A DNA stretch of 64,000 nt, from positions 203,486,001 through 203,550,000 of the forward strand of contig NC_058368.1 of assembly GCF_018350175.1 (NCBI RefSeq), in the 5' to 3' direction. The position numbers and the translations under genes were made by a program. Shown piece after piece: positions 27,960 through 40,603 of the stretch. Under the pieces are notes generated by a model. It had not been told where the DNA came from, did no database searches, and worked only from the letters and a program-made list of their open reading frames with translations. This stretch comes from Felis catus (lineage: Eukaryota). Within the stretch, counting starts at the first letter, position 1, and each line of letters begins with the position of its first letter.

Positions 27960-30900
27960 GCTGCAGCAGCATTATTTATAGCTGGGTCTTTGTCTAGTAA
28001 GAATTTCAGACTCTGGAGTTCTATTGTTTTTACCATCTTTCTGCTGGTTAGAAGTCTGGTCTCTGACTGGATGGACTCCTCTTTGGAGTTTTAAAAGAAA
28101 CATCACCCCTTCTGGAAAAGCCTAGCCTAAAACGTTTCCTTGGAAAGCAACATCTCCGCTCTATGTTTGTTTATCCTCCCTTACCAACCTGCTTCTTTAG
28201 AATCCTCCCCTGAATGTTGATTACTATAGTTTAACTGTGCTGTCTTGTCCCCACCATCCATTTTTCCTTTCATTCTGAAAACCTACTGTGATGTCATTAT
28301 CTCAGCTGCTTTTAATTAGACTACATCAATTGAAAATTGAGAATGATTCTAAAAATTGTCTTTTACAGTCCAGATCTGTTTAAAACAGAATAGCATGTTT
28401 TATACTATGTTGACTATTTAACAGTTATGTTAGAACTCCCTATTATCTATTGCTTGAATAGACCCAAATTAACAGACCCAGATTAAATGTTTATGATATG
28501 TTATGGTTTGAGATATCCGTATATTATACTAGCTGATATTCTTTCTGTATATACAATGTCTCTCAAGTTCTCTTGGACCAGAGTTGTATTAATAAATGTA
28601 ATTAGCATAAAACTCTGCTTAGCAACATTGATCTGTGGTTGTTATATTAAATTACTAAAATCTCCTTCCCCCATATCATCAAAATTGCCATCCTGAATCA
28701 CCTTGCATAATGGTTAAAGATGCAAGACTATTTCTATTGGACTTTTTTGCTATAGAAATGCAACTTTCTGATGAGAACATGTTTCAAATTTGCCAGACAC
28801 CAATTCCCTCCTTGCTGATTCCTGGAATCCAGGGATAGTGACCCACCCTCAACTGGCCAACTTCACTTAATTCCCTTACCCTCTAATTTATTTCACAGAG
28901 AATTATCTCTTGCAATGAATATGCTAACATATATAAATAACTTTAACAAATATTTTTCAATTCTATTAAAATTTTCATTCTTACAAAAGTATGTAACTAC
29001 ATCTCTTACCTCAGTGGCTCTCAACCTTGGCTGTGCAGCATTTTCTGAATTTTGGGAGTTGATGGAAATTTTTACGGGTGGAAATATTTTTATATAAGCT
29101 TTATACAACATTCTGGATGTTCGGCCATGAGATTTTTCCCATTTCATACTAGCTGAGAAATAACTCAACAAACTAGTAATAGCACTGTCTTATTACACAC
29201 TGAACATAATAATCAAAATAATAAAGAATAAAGCTAAAATCTAAAAATGAGAAAAAGGCATATATCAGCTACATTCCTTTATATTCTGGCATATCATCTT
29301 ACAACTGGGACTATCTTGTTCTTGGAAAATCTTGGTATCTGGTGAGAAATGGTAGAATGGTAATGGAAAAATGTCTGTGGTACTCTTTAAAATACCCTCT
29401 GTGTGAATAACATTAGAGTTCTTTGCTCTTTAAATGCCTTTTTCTTTCTTAATTTTTAAAAAATTTTTGGTGTAAGTATTCTACTTGGTGCAAGGGGCAA
29501 CCAGTGTATAGTCACATTATGTACATGAAATTCTTTGAGTTAATTATTAGTAATAATTTGCAATGCAAATGAAAAGATGTATAAATTTGAATTTGAATAC
29601 GTTTTTATTTATACACTTGCAAAATAATTTGCAGCTTCAAGGAAAACAGAATATATAACTGCACATTAGAATCTTTTTCTTAATCCCAAACATATTGCAT
29701 CCATTTTAAACAATGCTAGACGGAACATATCATATCATGATGCTTCAATTACCCATTTTAATCTTAATAAAAATTCAGAGAATTGGTGAATCAATAGTCA
29801 TCATGATTAAACAGATATATTCCCAAGTTGTCTTAGAGCCAAACTTTTAGAAATAGCTTAGTAGGGGAAAATAGCCTTTCTTGGAAAGGTTGTACTCCAG
29901 GTTTAAGTAACTGTGATTTGGTTTCTGAGTCATACAACGTGCATTAATATCTATGTACCATAATGAGAACTTAAAGTGGAATACGGTCTCTTGATTCCTA
30001 ATATCTATTCAAATATAAGTTATTAACTCCATTATTTAGGGGCTGTTTCCAGTTTATGAATTATTTATGTCCTTTGTTTTGAAAAGGTTGTTATAGCTGT
30101 TAGGGCCAAGACAATATAAAAACTCCAGAACTTGATAATAATGCTCATGAGATATTTAAGCATAAGGGAGGCACTGATTACAAAAGCAAGTAACTTGTAA
30201 TTGAATGAAGAGCCTAAATAAAATGCTTCAGAATTGCAAAGACTCATTCTATATGGATTACTGAACAACAGCATAAAATGAACCCTCCAAGAATCTCCAT
30301 GTGGTTTTAGTTTGAAGTGAAATAAACTATGATTTTTTTATAAACATCAGATCTTGAAGAGTTTGATATCAAGAAGTATAGCCACAATTTTTATTTGTTA
30401 CCACTAGCAAACCAAACAAAAGTTCTGGCCATTGATTGGGCTTGACTGCCCTGAGCCTACTAAATTCTAGGATGATTTAAGTTTTTCCAAAGAATATTCT
30501 GTTTGGTCCTTCCCAGGGCTTAAAATAGAACATACGCAATGGAGATAATAGGGTGTAACCCATTATACAACAGATAATTTTAAACTTGGTTCCAAAAAAA
30601 TATTTTTAAAAGTTGAGAAACTCTTTTTCTGTCATCAAAAATAATGATCAAACCACTAATCGTAGCCACCACTAATTATCATTAAAATACAATTTGTCTC
30701 TTTATAGGTATAAGGCAGTGCTATGGGTAAATGTTACTAATAACAGGTACATTCTGACTCAGGGAACTTCTATATGCCTAAAACCTCTGTGAACAATATT
30801 CAGGTAAAAGTCACCATTAATTCAGCTCTTTTGAACGGTGGAAGGTTTTCAGATAAATGGCAACTAATGGTCAAATACAGAATCTCTGAGATTTGTACCC

Positions 30901-31650
30901 ACCAGATTTTATAATTTTTCATTAAGCCATTTTGTCAATGTCACCTCTGAGACCAATTAAAAATAAAGAAGAGGGATTTAAAACATTCTTAACAAAAATG
31001 TTTTTTCTATTAGACAACAGAACCGACATATTCTTTACTGCAATACAATTCTACTACATGTAACTTATATAATAGATGGGGAGTAAACTAATAGCCAACA
31101 CAATCCTATTTTGGGATGTTCAACATCTCCTCCATCATCATCAGAAAACCAAGATTTTTCTGGTACTTATTTCATTATGCTAAAGTTACTTTAAATTATC
31201 ATGTAATTCTTTATACTTTTGGAAATTTCAACTGAGATATTTATTTGTGAGTGCTATAATGCTAATTTACTTCATAGAAATCATTCTTCACTGAAAAATA
31301 GTATAATGACAATAGGTTGTTCATGAGCTGGGAGGAAGAAGTCAAATTTTATTGCTGAACCAACTTAAGCCTAGAAAACATCTGTGACAATTGTTCAACA
31401 CAGTCTGAATTACTGATAAAGGGCTTAATTTTTCTAAATCTTTATTCTGACAATACTTCTTTTAAAGCTTATGGACTGAAATGAGATGGGTTTTGCCTCT
31501 TTTATAGTTCTATTATCTCAACAAAAGTAGATAAACAGTCAGATATTATTTTAAAAAATAACTTCAGCAATAAAATGTCAGTGATACATTGCCCAAATCA
31601 AACAATTCCCAAAGTTTTCTGAACATTGTTACTAGAGCATTTAAGTAAAA

Positions 31651-31681
31651 ACAATAACAACAACAACAACAACAACAACAA
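31651..31681. repeat. (ACA)n microsatellite
   Basis: Read directly. Confidence 0.9.
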
Positions 31682-32376
31682 AATCATTATGATTATAAAG
31701 CTAAAAACATTCTTTCCTCTCAAATTTCAGAATATGAACACAGGAATATTTTGAGGGGGAATTATAGATCCTTATAATAACTTAGAGAAATCAAAAATTA
31801 AGAAAATCATAAATTAATAAGATGTTTAAGTTTTAAGAAGAATGTACTATCATATATATTTCAAGATACCTAAACCATCATAGAATTATCTGTCTGTTCT
31901 TCGAACTCTGGAAGGGAAATAATATATTTTCATCATTCAGATTCTTCTTGAAGTCTTTGACTTTTGGAATGATGAGAATCAAAGTTTTCCTAAGCATTTC
32001 CCTGCCTGGATTTGGACGTGTTCCTCATGAACACCTACCGAAAGATGCACTTTCCAATCTTCTTGTCCTTATTCTCAATCCCTTCCCCTACAGTCTTAAT
32101 GTGCACTTGATGATAATACTTTATGGTCTAGAATTCAGGGATTAGGAATTCAAAAGCCATCAGAGACACAGAAGGTAATGTTAATTTGTAAAGCCTTTAT
32201 ACCAAGGTATAAAGTAACAGAAAGAATCAGGACCAATGGTGAACTGAAAAAGAGATACCTAGTCCAAAGCACTCAAACTTGCATTATTTTCTGAAAAATA
32301 CAGGGCTAGCCCAGGAAGACAGGTTAACAGCTTGGCTTCAGCCCAACAATTGCTATGCACAACTTTTAATCTAGAT

Positions 32377-32590
32377 CAGTGGTTTTCAAGACTAGTAGCA
32401 CATTAGAGTCACTGCATGAATGAAAACAAAGCAGAACTATATATGCCCAGGTTCCTATTCCAGAATTTGAATCAGTTGTTCTGGGATGGTGCTCAGAATA
32501 TGGTTGGTCTGGGATGGTGCTCAGAATATGGTATCTTTTAACAAGTTTCCTAGATGATACTAATTAATGTCCACCAAAGTTGAGAACCTT
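32377..32590. mobile_element. MER5-type hAT MITE with an internal 28-bp duplication
   Basis: cagtggttttcaa...aagttgagaacc termini; aacaagtttcctagatgatactaa. Confidence 0.8.
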
Positions 32591-32962
32591 GAGTATAAAT
32601 AATACATTTTAGATCTAATAAATGGATTTTATTATATTACATGAAAACTATTATATTACATGAAAACCATGTTTTGCTGAGATGTTAATTCCTACAGTTC
32701 GGGAAGAGGCTGGTAATTTACAAATTTATAATAAAGTCAATTCACTGTTTTTCAAATGCTAGGCTTCTCTACACCATCTTCACTCACACATTGATTTGTT
32801 AGACAGCTGAGGTTAGAAATACAGACAGTTATCTCAGAACATAACCTTTGTAACTATGTGTATTAATTACACAAGATTCTCCAGGGAAATAGAATAAACA
32901 GGATGTTTGTGTATATGTGTGTATAAATTTGTATCTATAACACACATATATTATATATAATG

Positions 32963-33296
32963 TTTTTATGTATCTTAGGGATCTTTAAGTTACTAATTAC
33001 ATATTTAAAGCTATGAAATGTGCATTTCTTGGCAAGTTACACTAGTGATTTTATATTTATTCCAATTTCCAATAAAAGCTTAAGGAAACAGACAAAAATA
33101 TAAAGGACAAGAAAAATAGGGGAACAGCCACAAAACAAAAAGATCCAGTGACAGGAAAAAGTCTTCACAGTCAGTGCCCATCAACATTTTAAAGTTATCC
33201 AAAGAGTGCAAATGCTCAATTCAAATCAATATCATGCACTAAACTATTAATACTTGTCCCTTGAAGTTGCAGACTAGAAAAGCAGCCCACCTCTGT
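32963..33296 (-). pseudogene. Probable retrocopied mRNA 3'UTR fragment (tentatively G3BP2-like, unverified)
   Basis: Non-LTR unique sequence inside the simple-repeat tract of MLT2; U-rich UTR-like on minus, with AATAAA (33061-33056) and a short A-run at its 3' end; parent gene from memory only. Confidence 0.55.
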
Positions 33297-33329
33297 CATA
33301 TATACACACATTTATAGAGGGCAGGAGAA

Positions 33330-33396
33330 GGAGAGAGAGAGAGCTAGAGAGAGCGAGAGCGAGAGCGAGAGCGAGAGAGAGAGAGAGAGAGAGAGA
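33330..33396. repeat. (GA)n/(GAGAGC)n microsatellite within MLT2
   Basis: Read directly. Confidence 0.92.
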
Positions 33397-34159
33397 AGGA
33401 AAAAAGATTCTGAGAATTGGTTTATGTAATTACAGAGACTGGCAAGTCCAAAATCTACAAGGTAGACCAGTAGGGTGGAGAGCCAGGGAAAATTTGATGT
33501 TGCAGCTCTAGTCTGAAGACAGGGTGGAAACAGAATTTCCTCTTCACTGGGGACCTGTGTGTTATTTTTCTTAAGCCTTCAACTGATTGGATGAAGCCCC
33601 ACATTATGGAGGGTGATCTGCTTTACTCAAAGTCAATTGATTTAGATGTTAATCTCATCTAAAAAAATCCCTTCAAAGAAACATTTAGAACAGTATTTGG
33701 TCAAATCCCTTGGTACAATGACTAGTTAGGTTGATGTATCAAATAACCATTACAACTTTACCAACTACAACACAAAAGAAGGATGGAACTACTTGCTTTT
33801 GATGAAACAGAATTGCATTCTCTCACTCACAAATTCAGTTTCTTGGTTACCTATGTGTTCTCACCAGCCAAAGTAAATAACTGAAAAAAAAAAAACACGG
33901 TTTTATTTCTAGACCTATGCCCTTTTCTTTATATTTTGCTTCCTTTAGGAGATGTTACATTGAGAGAATCCTCTCAATTCACGGTTTCTGGCATTAAAGA
34001 ACTTTTTTTTTTTAATTTTCCTCTTCATTTTTCCATTTACTGAACTAACATTCACCTGAAAATGATGTACTTAGGTTTTTTTTTTAAAGGGCTAGAAGTT
34101 AAAAACAACTTAAAAAACTATAGTGCTAGAAGTTAGATTTGGAAGTTTGTTTATACTAA

Positions 34160-34712
34160 TGTGGCAGTTTGAAAAAAATGGTTACAATTTATCTGCAACT
34201 CCTATCTGGAGGTAAAATCTGTGTCCTCTTTCATTGAATTGGGGAAGCCTTGTGACTACTTGAACAAATATAGAATCGATGCTATGTAACTTCCAAGACA
34301 AGGTCATAAAAGGCCTTACAACTTCTGCCAGGCTTTCTTGAGATGGCCACCTTGGGAGAAGCCAGCCTTCATATAAGAAATCTATTGTGCATGTCTTAGA
34401 TGCTGGAAAGGCTGCACAAAGGAATTAATGCAGACAGTCCTGCTGAGCACAGCAGTCCTAGCTATTACTGCCATGGTGGCAAACCAAGTGAATGAAGTCA
34501 TCTTAGATTCTACAGACCAGCCTATTGGCTGAATATTATGTATATATAATATGTAATATTATATATCTGACTTTATTTGATACACTAAGGAGCAAAGAGT
34601 CAAATTCTGCCTGAATTCCTCACTCACAGAATCCATGTGATAGAATAAAACAGCAGATGTTTAAAGATGTCAGTTTTCTGACAGTGGGTTACACAGAAAT
34701 ATAACGGAAACA
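34160..34712 (+). mobile_element. MaLR solo LTR (MLT1G/H-like)
   Basis: TGTGGCAG...AACA termini; taacttccaagacaaggtcataaaaggcc; gaattcctcactcacagaatccatg. Confidence 0.88.
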
Positions 34713-35040
34713 ATTAGTAATGGAGATAAAGGACTAGAACTAAGAGCTGAGACATCTATTTTTTCTCTTGAGTTAAAGGTAAGAGCAAACTTAAATCGGC
34801 AGTTTCATACACACTACAGGCACCCATAAAGCTAAATATTCTCTGGATAAGCTGACACAGGGGTAATGATAACACTATTGTGTTCTGCTGGCTACTTACA
34901 TCTGCTTTGATGAAAGGGAGGCACTTCAGAAATTACATTTGATTTTCTGTCCCATACCTCACCCCATCCCCAATCATCCCATATCCACCGAGTGACACAA
35001 GAAATTCAAAGTAACCCTAGACCTTCCCGCTCCCTTCTAC

Positions 35041-35357
35041 TGTTACGGAACCAGGCTGGCACGCTGGCGGAAAAACCAAGCGGCACTCGGAGATCTTGGT
35101 GGATCGGAGATTTATTTAACACCGGCAGGCTCAGAGGAGACCCGTTTCTCCAAAGATCTGAGCCCTGAGCACAAGCATGGGGGACAATTTATAGTCCGTT
35201 ACTTCCGCATTCCACGTTAGTAGTAATTTGGCGCACACAGCAAGCACGGCAGGAGGAAGAACCCAGAAGAGGGGTCTCTAAGCTAGAAACTAGAGCTTAT
35301 GTTGGTCCCGAAGCCATCTGCATCATAAGGTGCAGAACTTTACTTATTTTCCCAACA
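35041..35357 (-). mobile_element. Young ERV solo LTR (ERV1-like)
   Basis: TGTTA...CAACA termini; 4-bp TSD ctac/ctat; on minus TATAAA (35193-35188) then AATAAA (35116-35111); many retained CpG. Confidence 0.85.
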
Positions 35358-35614
35358 CTATCAGTACAGTAAAACCTGTTGTGTCTCTACCTCTAAAATA
35401 TTTTTCCAATCCATCCACTTCTCTGCATCTCTACCATCACCACCTCAGGCCACCATCATTTCTTGTTTGGTTTATGGCTACAGCCTCCTAACTGCTTACT
35501 TAATTTTCAGATCTTTTTCACTGCTCTGTTTATTTATTTATTTATTTTCACTGCTCTGTTTAAGACTCTTATTTTATTTTCATTACCTTGGGAATAAAAC
35601 TCAGGATCCTAAAC

Positions 35615-35880
35615 TTACAATGAGTAAATAAGCCATTGATGCACTGCATAATTAATACAACACACAACAATATTGTATTACAATCATCAAACTAGAGCTT
35701 AATTATTCCCTAAATTAAAAAGGATAATTATGTAATATCATAGAGGAACTAATTATCACTTCAGTGGCAATCATATTACAATACAGAAATAAATCAAACA
35801 AACATGTTGTACACCTTGAGTTTACACAATGGTTCATCTCAGATATATTCAATAACACGTATACACAAAACAAAAACAAG
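35615..35880 (+). mobile_element. L1 3'UTR fragment (older L1MA/L1_Carn-like)
   Basis: aatcatattacaata...catgttgtacaccttgagtttacacaatg...atattcaataa. Confidence 0.75.
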
Positions 35881-36138
35881 TAACTCAATACCTTCACCAT
35901 GACCCATAATGTGTTGTTTGATCTAGCTCCTGTCGACACTGGCAATCTTATATCAAGCAATACCACTGTTTATATACCATTTTCCAGCCACATCAGCCTT
36001 TTCCAAGCTCCTTGAACTTCCCAAACTTTTTTGCCACAGTATTTTCATGCTTGCCCTTCTCTTTGTCTAGAACACTCCTCATGTCTGATTCCTTCTCACT
36101 TTCACATTCCCTGATCCTCTCTACTGAAGATTCTTTTT

Positions 36139-36652
36139 GGCACACGCACCCCAATGTTTATAGCAGTGCTATCAACAGTAGTCAATTATGGAAAGAGCCC
36201 AAATGTCCATCAACTGATGAATGGATTAAGAAGATGTGGTTTATATATTACAATGGAATGCTAGTCAGCAACAAAAAAGAACGAATTCTTGCCATTTGCA
36301 ACAACGTGGATGGAACTGGAGGGTATGATGCTAAGTGAAGTAAGTCGGTCAGAGAAAGACAGATATTATATGATTTCACTCACATGTGGAATTTGAGAAA
36401 CTTAACAGATGAACATGGGGGAAGGGAAGAAAAAATAAGATAAAAATAAAGAGAGAGGCAAACCATACGAGACTCTTAAATATGGAGAACTGAGGGCTTT
36501 ATAGGGGAGGTGGGCAGAGGGTGAAATGGGTGACAGGCATTAAAGAGGGCACTTTTCGGGATGAGCACTGGGTGCCATATGGAAGAGACAAATCCCTGGG
36601 TTCTACTCCTGAAGCCAAGACTACACTCTATGTTAACTAACCTGAAAAAAAA
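36139..36652 (+). mobile_element. 5'-truncated carnivore L1 (ORF2 C-terminus and 3'UTR)
   Basis: Translates QLWKEPKCPSTDEWIKKMWFIY then frameshifts; L1_Carn-type 3'UTR and A-tail. Confidence 0.93.
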
Positions 36653-37510
36653 GAGCCCTTTTTATTTCCCTCATACTACTACTTTCAACATTTATGATCT
36701 CACTTATTAATTTTTATGCTATTTTTATGCTATGCTGTGCCAGTGGCAAATAAGCCCCAGGCAGAGACAGAGGTCTCATTTGTCTTAATGATCCATGTTA
36801 TCACCAGCACCTACCATTGTGCCATAAACAGAAGATATGTTCAGTGAATATTTTTGAATACTTGAGTGATCGAACGAGTGCTTCGAGTTCTGACATTTCA
36901 CTCCATCTGTAAGTAATAGAATAATCTGAATGCCTGGAATTAGCCAAAAGCATAGATTCTATTGCAGAGCACTGATCTACTTAACTAGAGCATTCTCAAT
37001 CAATGTTTTCAGTTATCATCAACACAGCTCTCATGCATCTCTTGATTCACGCATTTGTTGAATGTCTGCTTTGTGCCTGATTACAGGATAGCATAATACA
37101 ATGCAAAAGCGCCTCACCAATCTAGGACACATCTTAGGTCACATTAATATTAGTACTCAAATACTGCTCTTTCCAACTTCCTGTCTGCTTGTTCAGGAAC
37201 TCAAATGCCTTAACCCTCTCCCCCACCTCAGCAACAAGAGGGTTTTCTATGCACTTCAACATCAGCTAAATCATAGCTCCCACTGTACTCTGCTACTCCA
37301 AGTTCACCTTTAATTACCACTGCTGGGTTGGTTATCCCATACAAGCTTCTGAGCCCACTAAGGTGTCTATCCTTACCTTTTCATCTGCAACATTAATGCT
37401 CTCAGCTCTAACAGTACTGCATTATGTCAGTAGCCTTTGCAACATCCCATACCACTATATTAAGCTCAATTAGAAGAAGATAGGGTTCCATAGATGGATG
37501 GGTTGGACAC

Positions 37511-38171
37511 CTGTACCAGTAAGAGTAAACTCGCAATTATACCAAGTAGATTCAAAACTGTAAAAGCCTCAAAACAATATGGGGGTGTTTATTTTTTTTT
37601 TAATGTTTATTTATTTTTGAGAGAGAGAGACAGAGCATGACCTGGGGAGGGGAAGAGAGAGAGGCAAACAGAATCTGAAGCAGGCTCCAGGCTCTGGGCT
37701 ATCAGCACTCGAACTCACAAACTGTGAGATCATGACCTGAGCTGAAGTCAGACATTTAACTGAGTGAGCCACTCAGGCGCCCCTAGAAGTATGTTTCTTG
37801 ATCATGTGATAATACTGGGTGGGAGAACAGATTGGTGAGGCAGCCATCTCCCACATAGTCATTCAGAGACCTAGACTTATGAGGGTTCTGCCATCTTCTG
37901 CAAGTGGCTTCCAAAGTTCCCTGAGAGAGGTCTCAAATAGGTAGCAGGAAGGAGAAAGGAGAATGGAAGAGGACCACGTGTGATTTTTATGAGCCAGTCC
38001 TGGAAGTAGCACCTTCACCATCACTTCCTATCATACCCCACAGGATAGAACTCAGTCATGGTAATGACACATAATGACAAGAAGAGCTGGGAAATGCGGT
38101 ACCTACATGGGCAAATCACTTTTCAGTAACAATTCATAAACTTTTGAAGGGTAGTAGGCTATGCCTACCAC
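37511..38171 (-). mobile_element. MaLR LTR (MLT1J/K-like) interrupted by SINEC
   Basis: cacatagtcattcagagacctag; gagccagtcctggaagtagcac; gagctgggaaatg; end cctaccaca. Confidence 0.8.
37592..37783 (-). mobile_element. SINEC with a small internal deletion
   Basis: Reverse SINEC ending gccactcaggcgcccc. Confidence 0.94.
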
Positions 38172-39872
38172 AGCCCATAGTGTTTCAGAACATAGCTTTT
38201 CAGTCCACACAGAGAACCCTTCATGTCCCCAAGATCTGCACATGTTTCTAAGATGGTTAGATTGGAACCGGTTTCAGGATTGGGCACTACACCATACCCA
38301 GACTTATCATTTCAGCAGAATCTTTAGTTGATGTGGCTAAACATAAGAACTTCAGCAAGGGTTCAAGGTTCTCCTTGTACTTTGGCTTTTGGAGCCTTCC
38401 ATTGAATGATAAGTTACATCAAGTTTTAATATTTGGGACAAAATATGGTTTTCCACTTTCAAAAAACTGCTCAATCTCCAAAAGAAAATCACTAGGAGCA
38501 AATATATTTTTTCTGGTAATCGTGTTGCTTAAAACAATCTACCAGTCATATCTCATACCTCAAATTCAATCTTTTAAGGTCTTTGTTAGGAATTTGAGAT
38601 GAGCCTAAATATTGGCAGGACTTTATATAGGAATAGAAACTAAAGAATTCTAGATGAGATGTAAGATTTGAACAACGACTGACAAGAATTCATTCATTCA
38701 TCCATTAAATACAGCTCTGAAGCACAGAGACAGAAATTGACTTTCCAGTCAATAAACCAGAAATAATATTCTTTACACGGACCTATAAACTACCTTACGG
38801 TAGGTGCTATTTGTTATTCTTTTGGTAATTTTCACAAAATGTACCACAAAACCTATTTCACTAAAAATTTAAAAGCACAGCTTAGAGTTCCTGGAGTCTT
38901 TACACTATGATTTCATTGATGATCTTAAGGTCAGAAAATTAGAACAAATGCAAACAGATGATGGGTATTTTCAAGATAACTTTCGGAAACAAACAGCCAA
39001 AACTAAGGGTGAAAATAAGGGTAATATATTTTAGAATTGTAACCGTAGGCAAGAATCCAAGCTCACGAAGCTCAGTCTTCAGAACGTCGGTTAAACAATG
39101 ACATTTGGGAAAGTCAGTATGCAGTAACTCTCCAATCTCCTCTGAAGGAAAGCCTGGACAGGCCTGGCCTAACTGGCTGGAATTTGAGGGGCCACCTCAG
39201 AAGGTAGAAAAGCTCTTGCCTGCATCTGTGGTGCACAGTGCCAGAATCCAAATACCACTTGTGTTCCAAGGAGAGATGCCAAGGGTCAGTTTGCAGAAAT
39301 GAGTCCAAATGTGCTGTTGAACCAAAGCAGCTTAAGAGCCAAGCCAAGGGAGCCAAGAATCCAGGCAAGGCTATACCAAGAAACAATGGGTCAGAATTGG
39401 GAACTGGGAGGTAATGACCAGGATCTAATGATTTTGGCCATCCTTCTTCTAGGTGGGGTATAAAGTGGGACAAACCAGCAGATTTAAAGTATCTAGGACA
39501 GAGCAGACAATGAACAAATTGACTTTAAAAAATTAGTATAAAAATCAATTCTACCAAAGAAGATTTCTAGGAATGTGACACAAATGGTAACAAATGTAAC
39601 TTGATTTGAAAAACAGCCGATAGGTTTTGGCTTTTCCTAATCATATTCTTTATTGACTCATTGTCAAAGAGACTTTTGAAATTTAACCACTGAAGTCATT
39701 GGTGGAGAGTAATCAATTACTAAAAGTAGACTTACGTAAAATCTGGGAACCCTAATGAAACACTAAGTCACATATGCGTATCCTCTTTTGTTGTCACTTA
39801 ACAAAGCAGAGGCTCAAAGAGTGAAGGTTTGATCGTGACAGGGTGAGCATTTAATAGCAGTATTTTTTGAGT

Positions 39873-40603
39873 GTAACTTCCTTAGATTGGGTTTCTGTGA
39901 AATAGACACAATTACAGGAATTCGTGTACAAGTGATTTATGAAGAAAGTGCTCCCAGGAAAAGCCAGTTAAAGAGCGGGAAAAGAAGGACAGGGAGGGGA
40001 AAAGCTAAACAAGAGTGCAATAGGGGTGCCTGGGTGGCGCAGTCGGTTAAGCGTCCGACTTCAGCCAGGTCACGATCTCGCGGTCCGGGAGTTCGAGACC
40101 CGCGTCAGGCTCTGGGCTGATGGCTCGGAGCCTGGAGCCTGTTTCCGATTCTATGTCTCCCTCTCTCTCTGCCCCTCCCCCATTCATGCTCTGTCTCTCT
40201 CTGTCCCAAAAATAAATAAACGTTGAAAAAAAAATTAAAAAAAAAAAAAAAAAGAGTGCAACAGCAAATCCCCCTGCTTCTGGAAAATAGCAGCACCTTG
40301 ATTCCACCAGGCATCTCGATTGTAGGCTGCATCTAGGTTTTCCTGTCCCTGAGCAAGGGGGCTTCCTTTCACACTCGTACCTTGCACTGGGCCAGCCTTA
40401 GCTAGGATTCCCCCTGAGCAGACATCAACACGAGGCACTTCTCACTGTCTTCACAGGCAAGCAAAGGCAGCGGTCTTTTGAAATGTCGTAAGTATAGGCT
40501 GTGGAAAGCCAAAGTGCAACACATCGAGAGTAGGGACTCTGTGAAGGATTAAAAGCATCTGGGGGGAATCGGGGCAAAAGACTGATAATTGTGGTGGTGT
40601 TAC
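39873..40603 (-). mobile_element. ERVL LTR (LTR16-like) interrupted by SINEC_Fc
   Basis: tgtaacttccttagattgggtttc...gtgatttatgaagaaagtgctccc; ends gttaca. Confidence 0.65.
40023..40251 (+). mobile_element. Young SINEC_Fc
   Basis: CpG-rich near-consensus copy with a long A-tail; TSD aagagtgcaa(t/c)ag. Confidence 0.97.

Larger units (their letters stand above)
32859..33754 (-). mobile_element. MLT2 (ERVL) solo LTR carrying a foreign insert
   Basis: tgtatta...ttctccagggaaatagaa...; gagaattggtttatgtaattacagagactggcaagtccaaaatct; ccttcaactgattggatgaagcccc; end aaccattaca. Confidence 0.9.
34990..36870 (+). mobile_element. L2 3' region fragmented by later insertions
   Basis: tccatccacttctctgcatctctaccatcaccacc; ccctt ctctttgtctagaac; tail ccagcacctaccattgtgcc...gaatatttttgaat. 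Confidence 0.7.

Noticed and set aside
27864..28094. Poly-Ser ORF
   Set aside because: Derived from a MIR end plus the (CAT)12 microsatellite
29303..29338. 36-nt minus-strand micro-exon candidate (pyrimidine tract + CAG, GTAAG donor)
   Set aside because: Isolated, with no recognisable product
39038..39480. GC-elevated segment starting TGTAAC with overlapping ORFs
   Set aside because: Possibly an ancient LTR, but I could not define termini or family; the ORFs are not credible
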